Shown here: piece after piece, positions 24,719-36,787 of the stretch
Layout of the letters: each line of letters begins with the position of its first letter
Numbering within the stretch: the stretch's first letter is position 1
Source: Octopus sinensis
Lineage: Eukaryota
Length of the DNA stretch: 64,000 nt
Reading direction: 5' to 3'
Assembly (NCBI RefSeq): GCF_006345805.1
Contig: NC_042998.1
Location: 11,036,001 to 11,100,000, forward strand
The notes under the pieces: model-generated
Databases searched by the model: none
What the model was told of the DNA's origin: nothing
Seen by the model: only the letters and a program-made list of their open reading frames with translations
Program-made: the position numbers and the translations under genes

Positions 24719-25373
24719 ATGTATATGTGTGATCCATATGTATGCAGTAAATCGTTGAATCTCACATTATAAATCCGGTGGATTTTAACGACGGACTTAC
24801 GTTTGTCACTTGCGCTCATGCGAACCGATACACAAAAGTTTGGTAGGAGAATCGTTATGTTAGAGACAATAACTCCTGAGCATGAACGTTCCCTGCAGAA
24901 AATTAATTTTTGCCTTCTGTAATTGGAACATATTTGCTGATACTTATGCAGGAGATTCTTATAAGTGTTTAAATTTCTCCAGTCTTGCAATATCTATAAA
25001 GTTTAACGGACAATATGAAACGCGAGGTAATTTTTATAGCAGCATTGTGTACTTAGGCTGTTTACGTGAATTGTAAGCAATTTCTGTGATAATACGCTTC
25101 ATGAAGATGGCTATGAATATTTGGGACTTTGCAAAACCTTCATCGTTCACCTGATCAATGTCCTTTGTATTCTTTGTCTTTAAGAGTACGGTGAAAGGGA
25201 AACCGGACATCGAGTGAGTACATGACGTAAGTTAACGCACGGTAAGATTTACAGATGTGGTGCCATCTATTCGCAAAAACTTCAGCATTAGTGTATTAAA
25301 ACATACACATACATATATACACGCGCAGTTACATACACACACACACACTCACATATAGAGTGTTTCCAATTGG

Positions 25374-25719
25374 TGGAAGCACTCCGTCGGTTACGACGAT
25401 GAGGGTTCCGGTTGATCCGAATCAACGGAACAGCCTGCTCGTGAAATCAACATGTAAGTGGCTGAGCACTCCACAGACACGTGTACCCTTAACGTAGTTC
25501 TCGGGGATATTCAGCGTGACACAGAGAGTGACAAGGCCGGCCCTTTGAAATACAGGTACAACAGAAACAGGAAGTAAGAGTGAGAGAAAGTTGTGGTGAA
25601 AGAGTACAGCAGGGATCATCACCATCCCCTGCCGGAGCCTCGTGGAGCTTTAAGGTGTTTTCGCTCAATAAACACTCACAACGCCCGGTCTGGGAATCGA
25701 AACCGCGATCCTATGACCG
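25374..25719 (-). mobile_element. SINE family C, 5'-truncated, with TSD
   Basis: Colinear with 34048-34433. Flanked by gtttccaattg (25362-25372) and gtttccaactg (25720-25730). Confidence 0.9.
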
Positions 25720-26139
25720 GTTTCCAACTGACTGTTCTGTAAAAAGGAGAGCAGGTTGAGACACAAAGTTATGTAATCCATATATGATAAAAACTAGTTT
25801 ATTAATTGTGTTAAATAAAGATTTTCCCACTGAAGTGTGAAGGTAATTTTGACACACCCATTATACTTACTCCAACACAGAAACACGCAAAAATGTGTAT
25901 ATATGTGTATATATATGTGTGTGTGTGTGTGCATGCTCACATGTATATGTAAGTAGATATGTTGGTGACATGACAAAGGAGTCTACATAGAGAATTGTGG
26001 AGAAGAAAGATGACGTACGGCTTGTGAAGGTTGTCTCTTCACGTAAAACATGGTAATATAACAAACACAAAGGCGGTATCGGAGTGACATTTCTTTCCTT
26101 TATAAAGTGACATGGAAAAGCTAAATAGAATTAACCATA

Positions 26140-26221
26140 AATAATAAGTATATGTATATATATATATATATATATACATGCATGTATATATGTATATATA
26201 TATATATATATATATACATGC

Positions 26222-26260
<39 letters not shown>

Positions 26261-26303
26261 ATATATACATATATATATACATATATACATAAATATATAC
26301 ATA

Positions 26304-26355
<52 letters not shown>

Positions 26356-26422
26356 TATATTTCTGTGTATGTGTGTATGTTATATGCATGTATATGTATA
26401 TACGCACGTTGAGATGGAGAAG

Positions 26423-26454
<32 letters not shown>

Positions 26455-26466
26455 AAAGAGATAGAT

Positions 26467-26505
<39 letters not shown>

Positions 26506-26912
26506 TAGAGAGAGAGAGGAGAGATGAAAAAATAGACATGAAATGAATAACGCAATGAGTGAAAGAAGCAATGTTTGGATTGAACATTAGTCAAGAGAGG
26601 AGAAACTTGTTGGGCCAATGTGTTGAACACTCTCTAAACATAACCAGCAACAACTGCCAGCTTGAGGTGGTTCACAACTTTATATACATTGGTTCCATCA
26701 TCGCAGACAACTCTATAGTGTCTGGCAGCAACAGATGCACTGGAAGAGCAACCTCAACACTAACTAGGCAGACAACGAAACTCTGGGTGAACAAATTGCA
26801 GCCTTCAAGTTCGCAGTATTAATTAGGTTTCAGAACTCATTGAAGGAAGTAGTTTATCGAATATTTAATGATCATCGAACAATTTTAAATAAGGAGAGAC
26901 ATACATAGAGGA

Positions 26913-26958
<46 letters not shown>

Positions 26959-27034
26959 ATCTATCTATCTATCTATCTATCTCTATCTATCTATCTATCT
27001 ATTTTCTATCTCTCTCTCTCTAATATATATATAT

Positions 27035-27066
<32 letters not shown>

Positions 27067-27315
27067 ATCCACTTCTCCTTTCCATTTTCCTTTATAGATG
27101 TGTGTGTGTGAGTACGCGCTTGTGTATATATACCAAGGGCTAAAGAGAAAAACACAAAAAGGAGAAAAAGTTAGACGAAAGCAGAGCGCGAAGGGAACAC
27201 TAGACGAAAACTTAACGGACAGAACATATAATTATATATATATATATATATTATATATATTATATATATTATATATTATATATGTATATGTATGTGTGTG
27301 TATATATATATATGT
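26140..27315. repeat. (TA)n, (GATA/CTAT)n and (GA)n microsatellite blocks surrounding a LINE fragment
   Basis: Direct reading. Confidence 0.9.
26555..26810 (+). mobile_element. RTE-BovB LINE RT fragment
   Basis: [21 protein letters not shown]...LEVVHNFIYIGSIIADN...RATSTLTRQTTKLWVNK. Confidence 0.7.
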
Positions 27316-27595
27316 ATAAATTAGTAATAAGGGGACGAAAATTTTGAACATTTAGATTTTATGCTTAATTACACATGTTTCAATCGTATTAATTGCATAT
27401 TGTTACATATTTATATATAGCGACTAATTCATTATTAGTTTGATATCTTCATGGTGAATAAATATGGCATTGTTTGGAGAAGCCATTCAGAGTAGTTTAT
27501 ACGAAATTTACCTTACAACGTACCATTGAAAGGAGCAGCCTGGGCACTTTTCATAGAGAAATTCGTTATCAACGTGGATAGTATATCCCTCATCT

Positions 27596-27633
<38 letters not shown>

Positions 27634-27776
27634 TTCTATTAAAGTTGCAAAAACATCACAATACTATTACTGAGCAACAGATTTACGATGTTTTTGCAGG
27701 TTTAATAAAAATGAATCTTACTCTGCCTTTGGTATTTGCGTACTATTTTTTCCACCTTGTTTTGCATTTATGTGCT

Positions 27777-27808
<32 letters not shown>

Positions 27809-27995
27809 AAAGTAAATAAATGGTACAACAAGGCACCGATATTTACTGGAAAATAGCAATCGAAATAAATACGACGCTATTGTATAGCTTCACTGCGTAT
27901 ATACTAGTAAAGATGCGTGTGTGCAACAAACATGAAAAAAAATTGTCTTACCTCAAGGAAGAACATCTGAAAAATGGAAAACCTGGAATCGGATA

Positions 27996-28066
27996 ATGCA
28001 GGACCGGTTTCAGACTCTTCGAATACGTTTGACAACGTAGATTTGATTTGTCTTCATCAGCTGCAT
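27996..28066 (-). ncRNA. Minimal type-I hammerhead ribozyme (core intact)
   Basis: Minus strand: ATGCAG (stem I), CTGATGA, AGAC [34 nt] GTCT (stem II), GAAA, CCGG, TC, CTGCAT (stem I'). Stem III is the palindrome ACCGGT and the cleavage triplet is GUC. Confidence 0.75.
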
Positions 28067-28273
28067 ATACCTAGACAATATTTCAAATGTTGCCACATCT
28101 ATGCCAGTACACTCGTCTGAACACCAAAACGTTAACAGAACGATAACAGTGAAGAAGTTTCAATGAAAATAATAATGCAATACGAAAGTATTGCTTTCCA
28201 GTAAAAAATAGCCCGTACATATATATATCAATATATACCAATTACGTGTGCATTGTTAGCCTTCTTAACTCAG

Positions 28274-28310
<37 letters not shown>

Positions 28311-28817
28311 CTATATATGATTTACTATTATATATATATCATATATATACATGTACATGAAGTGTGTCAATAGCGGGGAGGTGTCCTCCTGGGCTACAAG
28401 CTACAGTAGCATCCACTCTTAAGGGTTAGTCACATTTAAGTGGTGAATATACTTCATGATGTCGTGCAGCTACTGTTTATACCTCGCTCAAAGATTTATT
28501 ATTGCTTGTTTACACTTTTTCGATATCACTGATATATATTTGCAAAGGGAACCCACCTTTCATCGGCAATTGGTGATTGTCACTATTGGGTGTTGGTAGT
28601 GATTTCTTCGACGTGAGCACAAATTGTTACACACTGATATTGTATGTTTGTTGTAGGTTTCCCCGCGCGGGTGAACCAAGATTCGTTGGATTGTGTAAAA
28701 TATTGAATTTCAGTCGCTGTTTCGTTTGCAACTGTATAATCCCCGTCTACAGGAGGGGTGAATAAAGATGGAGAATAGACAAAGTTACGCAGCGGCAACG
28801 ACACAAGGAATAAATAC

Positions 28818-29042
28818 TTATCTCTTTACTACCCACAAGGGGCTAAACATAGAGAGGACAAACAAGGACAGACAAACGGATTAAGTTGATTACATCGACC
28901 CAGTGCGTAACTGGTACTTATTTAATCGACCCCGAAAGGATGAAAGGCAAAGTCGGTCTCGGCAGAATTTGAACTCAGAACGTAATGGCAGATGAGATAC
29001 GGCTACGCATTTCGCCCGGCGTACTAACGTTTTCGCCAGCTA
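28818..29042 (-). mobile_element. SINE family B
   Basis: Reverse complement of the 13240-13467 family. Confidence 0.9.
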
Positions 29043-29071
29043 CCAACACCTTGGAATTGCAAGAAATAGAA

Positions 29072-30305
29072 ATGGACACAATAAAGAGGAAGGAAAGAAG
29101 ATAATTTGGAAAAAAGGAGGAAACCAGTCTAAAACTGATTCCCCCAGAAGAACTGATGAAAAGCATAGAGAAGAGGACGGTAGTATACAGAACGTTGTCT
29201 ACGTCCTCGAACAAGATAGTGGTAGCACCAACAAAAGAAATAGAGGAATGCCTCGAAAATGTGAAAACATTGACCACGTTCTATACAGGTGGAAAGAAGT
29301 ATGGCTCAGTGGAAGTAAGGCTTTGGTAACGAAGAAGATGCCATAAACCTCTCCACGAAGCCGTTACGGACAACGAAATGGATACTACTTCCGACCTACT
29401 GTGGCAAACGCGCAGCTAGAGTGATAGTTGGAAGAGTACCCCCCTTCCCCGAAATCGAGGAAGAATGGCTGGTAGCAGCCATAATGCACGATGTGAAGGA
29501 TAACGAGGACCCCAAAGTCCAATTGGTTGGGATATAGCCTCGAAGTGACCATGCAGGTAAATTTGGAAGACTTGCATAGTATAACGGAGAAAATAATACT
29601 CTCGGAAGACAGCAGACTTCGAATAACAGTAGAAGGAAGACCCCCAACATGCTTCCTATGCGGCAAAAAGGGGCACATGAAAGCAAGATGTCCTGAGAAG
29701 GAAAACAAAGAGGAGAAGAAAAGTGAAGAAAACAATACCGAAGAGGGAGTACCAACGAAAGAGACAGATAGAGCGGAGGAACCCTTGACAGTAGTAAACA
29801 CGATGAAGAGAAAGGAACGGGTGAATTCTCCCCCAGACAGTCAAAACAGGCTAAAAGAGGTTGTGATAGAAGAAAAGAGAAATAGGTGTGAAGCACCAAC
29901 AGAAGCAGTAGTGAAAGAAGACACACAGGAAAAAAACAGCATTACAACAGGGAGAAAAAGTAAGCGTTCATAAAATTGGTAATGATGTTTCTGCACGCCC
30001 GAACGGATTAGGACGGGAGCCGAAGCAAGCAGAATCGAAAAGGAAGAGATATAAGTGGCATTTGGTCACTTATTACAAAAGTAAAGAAATAGAGAAAACG
30101 ATTGTAAAATTTAAATCGGCAAAAAGTGTAAAGCTGCCGCCAGGATAATACCCGGAATACACAATAGGAATAGTCATAGACAAAGAGAGATTTTTGAAAT
30201 TGAGAGATGTATGGACGTTTCATAGACCCGCTGGGGGTTGAAGTCGAGTTTGACGAGCTCCCGACGGTCGTGGAATTAGGAGAAGTAAAACCCTTTATGA
30301 ACATT
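29072..30305 (+). mobile_element. L1/Tx1-like ORF1 (gag-like, CCHC knuckle) pseudogene without ORF2
   Basis: ORF 29527-29973 LRITVEGRPPTCFLCGKKGHMKARCP (CX2CX4HX4C) followed by a K/E-rich tail. The broken upstream frame starts at about 29072 and an A-rich tract follows at 30310-30490. Confidence 0.75.
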
Positions 30306-30656
30306 TAAAAATAAATAAGTAAAATTTGTACTTCATAAAAAAAAAATATGAGGAAAATAGACTGTTAAAATGTATAAAGAAAAAAGAAAAAAAAACGATA
30401 CAAAAAAACAACAAAAGACTGAGAAAAATAACAAGCTAAAAAAGAAGAAAAAAGTAAAAAGATTGTAAGAACGTTTAATTGTAAAAAAAGAAATCGCGGT
30501 TTCGTCTCGGAGCGGGACCGAGAAAACCGTTTCATATTCATTATAATTTAAATCATTGTAATTCATTTTTTCATATGTTTTTGTGTCCCGCATGTTTGTG
30601 TATGTCCCCTCTGTGTTCAGGCCTTGTGCCTATAATAAAGAGAAATCGGTGATTGT

Positions 30657-30700
30657 CACACGCTGATGACGGGTCAATACCTAGAACTCGAGTCCGTGTG
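30657..30700 (+). ncRNA. Degenerate minimal type-I hammerhead
   Basis: CACACG CTGATGA C GGG TCAATA CCT AGAA CTCGAG TC CGTGTG. Stem I is perfect (6 bp) and stem III is the palindrome ACTCGAGT, but the GAAA core is damaged. Confidence 0.6.
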
Positions 30701-30876
30701 TATCATGTCAGATTGAAGATGGGAAGGATGGCTTCCCTTTGCAAATACTGATAGGGCACAGAATGTGTGTCAATAGCCAGCTGGAGGAGATATCCTCCTG
30801 GGGCTACAAGCTACAGTAGCATCCACCCTTAAGGGTTAGCCACATTTAAGTGCAATATACTTCACGATTTATATAT

Positions 30877-30909
<33 letters not shown>

Positions 30910-31330
30910 TACATTATATATATATAGTAACAAATTGAGGAAAAGGAACCCTTCCAAGGGGTGTGTTAGACATCCAATTCACTAATTTCTCCCTTCCATG
31001 GAGTGCAAATAATAATCATTGTTTAAGTAACTGCAAATCCGGTTACCCCTAAAACATGAGTAAATTCCATTTCCATTGCTATAGGCTAAAATATGATAAT
31101 TACCATAGCTTAAGTAAACAAAGAGAGATATTTTCATTCGGTTTCTATTCATATCTACTACATAATTATCCTTACGAGAAAATAATAAATATGGAAGTTT
31201 ATTAGTAGCTAATTTAAACAATTAAGTTTTTTTATACCAACTAATTAATATAGATAAAAGAGTTATTGTATTGAAGATGTAATTGTTTATATATTTTTTG
31301 TCGTAGTTACCCGTTGGAGAAGACTTAGAT

Positions 31331-31483
31331 ACTCTTTACTCTTTTACTCTTTTACTTGATTCAGTCATTTGACTCCGGTCATGCTGGAGTACCGCCTTTA
31401 GTCGAGAAAATCGAGCCCGAGACTAATTCTTTGGAAGCCTAGTACATATTCTATCGGACTCTTTTGCTGAACCGCTAAGTTAC

Positions 31484-31518
<35 letters not shown>

Positions 31519-31784
31519 ACCACCACCACCACCACCACCACCACCATCGGTTGTCAAGCCATGTTGGGGGGACAAACACGGACACACAAACACATACACT
31601 CACATATATACATATATATATATATACGATGGGCTTCTTTCAGTTTCTGTCTACCAAATCCACTCACAAGGCTTTGGTCGGCCCGATGCTATAGTAGAAG
31701 ACACTTGCCCAAGGTGCCACGCAGTGGGAATGAACCCATGTTGTTGGTAAGCAAGCTACTTACCACACAGCCAACCCTGCGTCT
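31331..31784 (-). mobile_element. SINE family A with expanded (CA)n/(CCA)n insertion
   Basis: Reverse complement of family A head and tail. Confidence 0.9.
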
Positions 31785-32249
31785 ATACATTTTTATACAC
31801 AAATGCATTATTATCATATGTTGTGATGAAAAGAGACTATCTAGGACATCAAAAAGTTTCAATTTGTATGTGTTTGAGATATAATCAAGTGAATATCGAT
31901 GGTTGTGGATTGCACTTACTTGATTGTATCGTCCGTTGAAATGTTTTTGTTGTTTTTTAATAGTAATTGATGTGAGATTGAATAACGCCCACGCTCAGAA
32001 CACAGACATTTCAATTAATTTTTACAATCCAGCCGTCCTTTCCAGGCGGGATTTCGTCTTTCTGAACCGATGGACCCTGTGATTATGCATATCAGAAAAT
32101 ATAAGTCTAAACATTTTGTTGGTCTTTTACGGTTTTTATAATTATCTATATTGTTATGTTATATATTATATTCATAGTATTTAATGCAATATTGTAATAG
32201 AAATAAATTATTGGATGTCAATAGAATATCTCTATATTTCATTTATCTT

Positions 32250-32290
<41 letters not shown>

Positions 32291-32467
32291 ATATATATAA
32301 ATATATATATATATGTGTGTATATATGTATCCACGTGATTCCAACCGTCCTCGTGGAGGTCTTCCGGTGGTCTGAGAAAGGCGCGATCCAGAGGGGTGTG
32401 GACAGCGTGCTGTGACCAGCGGTGTCAAATGGACGCCCGAGGGACTGGTCGGTCAAGGTGATCAAGG

Positions 32468-32512
<45 letters not shown>

Positions 32513-32668
32513 TGTATGTATAAATATGTATGTTTGTATATATATATGTATGTATATGTATATATATATAATATATATATATATATACATGTTAATGTAT
32601 AAATATGTATGTATGTATATATATGTATGTATATGTATATATATATATATATTATATTATATATATAT

Positions 32669-32755
<87 letters not shown>
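32250..32755. repeat. (TA)n/(TATG)n microsatellite blocks
   Basis: Direct reading. Confidence 0.9.
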
Positions 32756-32829
32756 TCAGCGTTTTGTAATACGACGTATACGTCCCCGTATTACATAAAT
32801 GCTCGTCGTAATTCGAAGATACCTGCACA

Positions 32830-33375
32830 TTCTGTTCGAGACTGTACATCTGGATGCTCATCTACTGAGAACTACTGTGACCACCATTTTCCATCGTTTC
32901 TTTTTCTCCCTTAATCTATTTTCCATGTATGCTTTGTACAACGCCTACAGTTCATTTATTTCCTTCGGTGAGGCATTTTCCGAAGTTGGAATGTCACTTT
33001 ATTTTGTTGCTAGAAAGGCTATTATCATTATATACTGAAATTGTTCAGCGCTCATCTTTGGTTTCCTTCTCTTATTTCTATCTAACTTTCCTTTTCGATT
33101 GCCTCATATTTTACTGTATAATGTCTTCTACTCTTATCTTTCTATAGTTTTCTGCTTTTATCGCTTTCGGCCAATATTTTGGTGGCACCTCAGTTGCGAT
33201 TTGCGATCGGTATCTTCAGAACCTCTTTGCTTCTTTCCGTCGTCACAGCATTGAACTTGCAGCTAGTAACCTCGAAGTCTTCTTAAAAGAGTAATAATGA
33301 TGAAAATTTTCCAAGTGTTGCCTGTCATTCCTCGGAGGTTCTAGGTTCATTAAGTTTTGTGATGAAGAATTAATA
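32830..33375 (-). mobile_element. Probable decayed RTE-like LINE (EN-RT linker)
   Basis: Broken frames such as SRRHYTVKYEAIEKET*LDRNKRRK...TISVYNDN resemble the RTE linker. Weak. Confidence 0.35.
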
Positions 33376-33379
33376 TCAA

Positions 33380-33503
33380 CAAATGGTTCCGGGTTCAGGC
33401 CCACTGCGTGGCATCTTGGGCAAGTGTCTTCTACTATAGCCCCGGGCCGACCAATGCCTTGTGAGTGGATTTGGTAGACGGAAACTGAAAGAAGCCTGTC
33501 GTA

Positions 33504-33540
<37 letters not shown>

Positions 33541-33766
33541 ATGTGTGTGTGTTTCTGTGTCTGTGTTTGTCCCCCTAGCATTGCTCGACAACCGATGCTG
33601 GTGTGTTTACGTCCCCGTCACTTAGCGGTTTGGCAAAAAAAGAGACCGATAGAATAAGTACTGGGCTTACAAAGAATAAGTCCCGGGGTCGATTTGCTCG
33701 CTAAAGGCGGTGCTCCAGCATGGCCGCAGTCAAATGACTGAAACAAGTAAAAGAGTAAAAGAGTAA
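33380..33766 (+). mobile_element. SINE family A, 5'-truncated
   Basis: Starts at atggttccgggttcaggcccactgcgtgg and ends with the aaagagtaaaagagt tail. Confidence 0.9.
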
Positions 33767-34047
33767 ATGTTAATACCGACAAAAGTTTAAATTCATTCTC
33801 ACTATTCTCGTTTTCCTTTTGCTAGTTCTCCATAATAGAACCCTGCATTTCATGTTGACATGGTCATACTTATTATTTACATCTGTAAATGCTTATGTCG
33901 TGCGTTTACTTCAGTTTTATACTGCTGTTATGCTAAGACAGTCTAAGACAATGCGAGTTGAGAGATTTTATGCTAAGACAGTGTGGTGGTGCGATCAGCT
34001 GCTAGCATTCCTGTTCCCTACGTACGAGATTTTATGCTTATCCAGTA

Positions 34048-34433
34048 TGTGGAGGCGCAATGGCCCAGTGGTTAGGGCAGCGGACTCGCGGTCATAGGAT
34101 CGCGGTTTCGATTCCCAGACCGGGCGTTGTGAGTGTTTATTGAGCGAAAACACCTAAAGCTCCACGAGGCTCCGGCAGGGGATGGTGGTGATCCCTGCTG
34201 TACTCTTTCACCACAACTTTCTCTCACTCTTACTTCCTGTTTCTGTTGTACCTGTATTTCAAAGGGCTAGCCTTGTCACTCTCTGTGTCACGCTGAATAT
34301 CCCCGAGAACTACGTTAAGGGTACACGTGTCTGTGGAGTGCTCAGCCACTTACACGTTAATTTCACGAGCAGGCTCTTCCGTTGATTCGATTCAACCGGA
34401 ACCCTCGTCGTCGTAACCGACGGAGTGCTTCCA
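34048..34433 (+). mobile_element. SINE family C (tRNA-derived), full length, with TSD
   Basis: tgtggaggcgcaatggcccagtggttagggcagcggactcgcggtcataggatcgcggtttcgattccc head and ...taaccgacggagtgcttcca end. The TSD atccagtat is at 34040-34048 and 34437-34445. Confidence 0.92.
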
Positions 34434-34806
34434 TCCATCCAGTATATTTGACACTACCGTGTTATCATAACTGACAGATTCCAACAGATGTAAATCCCTT
34501 TAATGTGCGATATCATCACAGCAAGGCAGATGATTTCCCCTTGGCCATCTTGTGCATCCCTCAATACTTAGTCACTTCAGTCACCCTAGAGGATAAACAT
34601 ATCTTTCCTGTCTGTCTCGTTGATAATATCGTGAAACTCTATAGAATTGTTCAGTGTATTTCGCTGCTATCGTTTGCTATTAGGGCAAAGAGATGTGTCC
34701 CTGTAATTGGAAATGACTATACCTTCTGGTGGTTAGTTATGAGATGGCTTGATACTGGTTGGCCTTGAAGTATTTTATAATTAGGAACTCTACGTCATTC
34801 ACAAGG

Positions 34807-35008
34807 TTGTGTCTGGGGAGAGTCCTTCTCTTGTGGTGCATTATGATTTAATACACTCACCAGTAAAATTTTCACATATTTTTTAATTTTCTAAAATTTA
34901 TGCTGCGAAAATTTTAGAGAAATAAAAAAAGGAAATAAGGGGAAATTTTACCGGTGAGAGTGTTAAATTATAAGGCACCAAAAGAGAATGACTCTCCCCA
35001 GACACAAC
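34807..35008. mobile_element. Fold-back/MITE-like element
   Basis: gttgtgtctggggagagtccttctcttgtggtgc...gcaccaaaagagaatgactctccccagacacaac. Imperfect pairing continues almost to the centre. Confidence 0.8.
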
Positions 35009-35143
35009 AGGATATGCTTCAACACACGAACTCACATAAAGAATCTTGCAAACCAAATCCCAAATCGAAATATATATATATATATTTGAGTAGTTGAATG
35101 AATTATTTTGTTATGGATAATTCGGTTGACATAAGTTCCTCGC

Positions 35144-35226
35144 TTTTCCTGATGAGAAACCGGCATAATATACTCCTTATTCCTTCGCAATTAGGAATAT
35201 GCAGCCTTCGAACCATATGTCGAAAA
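35144..35226 (+). ncRNA. Hammerhead fold with extended stem II and one core mutation
   Basis: TTTTC CTGATGA GAA...GCATA...TTCCT..AGGAA TATGC..TTC GAAC CATATG TC GAAAA. Stem I is 5 bp, stem III contains the palindrome CATATG, and GAAA reads GAAC. Confidence 0.6.
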
Positions 35227-35320
35227 TAAAGGAATTTTGTTAATTCGTCGTTCAACTCCATTCTTTCATATATTTATATATATTTATATATATATATATA
35301 AACTCGCACACATGCACAAC

Positions 35321-35351
<31 letters not shown>

Positions 35352-36485
35352 TGTATGTATGTATGTATGTTTGTTTGTTTCTTTGTATGTATGTTTGCAT
35401 GTACGTGTGCTGCGTTGAGAAATATGCTGTCTGATAAGTCATCGACCAGCTGTGTGAACGACCCTTCTTCTGATCTAGGTTGAAGAGTTTAAATTCGTGA
35501 TACGGAATGTTAATTAACCGTCAAATTGGCTATTCTATCTGCAGACATAGATTATTAATCAGTAAATGGTGCCTTCCAGTTATATCAATTCAAAATGATT
35601 CTACATATCTATTTAATGGTCATTTGTCCAGGATAGCCTGAAAAACGAAAATTATTTTAGACTTGAAAGTAGTAAATACAATATCCTATTGTTATACTGA
35701 AACCGATTAACAGGACAGAAGTATTCTATGAAAGCCACTTCTTGTGGAATTCTCTTCGCATTCAGCAAATTTCTTTTTCTTTTGTTTTTTCAGACAAAGC
35801 TATACAGATTTCAGTGTATCGTTATTGAACATTGCAAGGTCATTGCTTTTCTATTAATGGATATGTCCGTGATGTTACTGGAGAAACTGCATTTCCAATG
35901 CATTCTTTATGCATTTAGCTTTGCTAAATCCGTTATAGCTATTCCCGTGCCACTATTTTTGAAAGTATGTAGCACTACACATTTCAAATTGTGTTTTATA
36001 AAGTAGTGTTGCCATATTTACATCCCCATAAAATAGCTGCTTGGCAAAAATGAATTCCAAATTTGCAAGCAAGTCTCTATGGTGAATTGATAAAACATAC
36101 GCTACCTAGGCGTAGAACTATAAAGGAATTTGAAGATCATTTGAGGTCTTACATTTGAAATATATCCGTAAAAGAAATTCCTGTACTAACGGCGGGTATT
36201 TTCAACTATAAACTAACACGTACGTGCACGCAAACACACAGGTATATACATACACAGACACAGACACACACACACGTATCTTTATGCATATGATCTGGAA
36301 TCAAGAACTGGAAAGGACTGTTATACGATAGGGAGAAAGTAGATTTGGAATGGAAAAGAAAACCAACAGAAACTGAAGTGTATCCAAGAAAGTTATTTCG
36401 TTCTGTTCTCGCTATGAGAACAAGTTGACAGCCACGAAGTACAGGCAAATGCCACTAAGCAAATGTGAATGTGTGTGTGCGTGTG

Positions 36486-36522
<37 letters not shown>

Positions 36523-36524
36523 GT

Positions 36525-36560
<36 letters not shown>

Positions 36561-36787
36561 CAGTGCATATTTGTTTAAAGCTGAAGATTCCCTCCTTTTA
36601 GTGAAGCCTATTTCATAAAAATCTGGCAATGCGAGTTCAGAGTTGTAGATATTTAAAACTCCCCAGAAATTGCACGACTAAGTAGATGTAATCGTTTCGA
36701 AAAATTGCAGGAAGTAATATCTTGAGAATATCGTCAAATTTCTTTAGAACTATCGCCATTCTTTCATTTCTATCCTTGCGATATAAA

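Noticed and set aside
24760-25280. Possible LINE linker remnant (WRNLNTYKNLLHKYQQICSNYRRQKL)
   Set aside because: No diagnostic EN or RT motif was recovered, so it is too weak to call.
33155-33225. Minus-strand CTGAAGA...GAAA hammerhead candidate
   Set aside because: Stem I is only 2 bp, the base of stem II is mismatched, and it lies within LINE-like debris.
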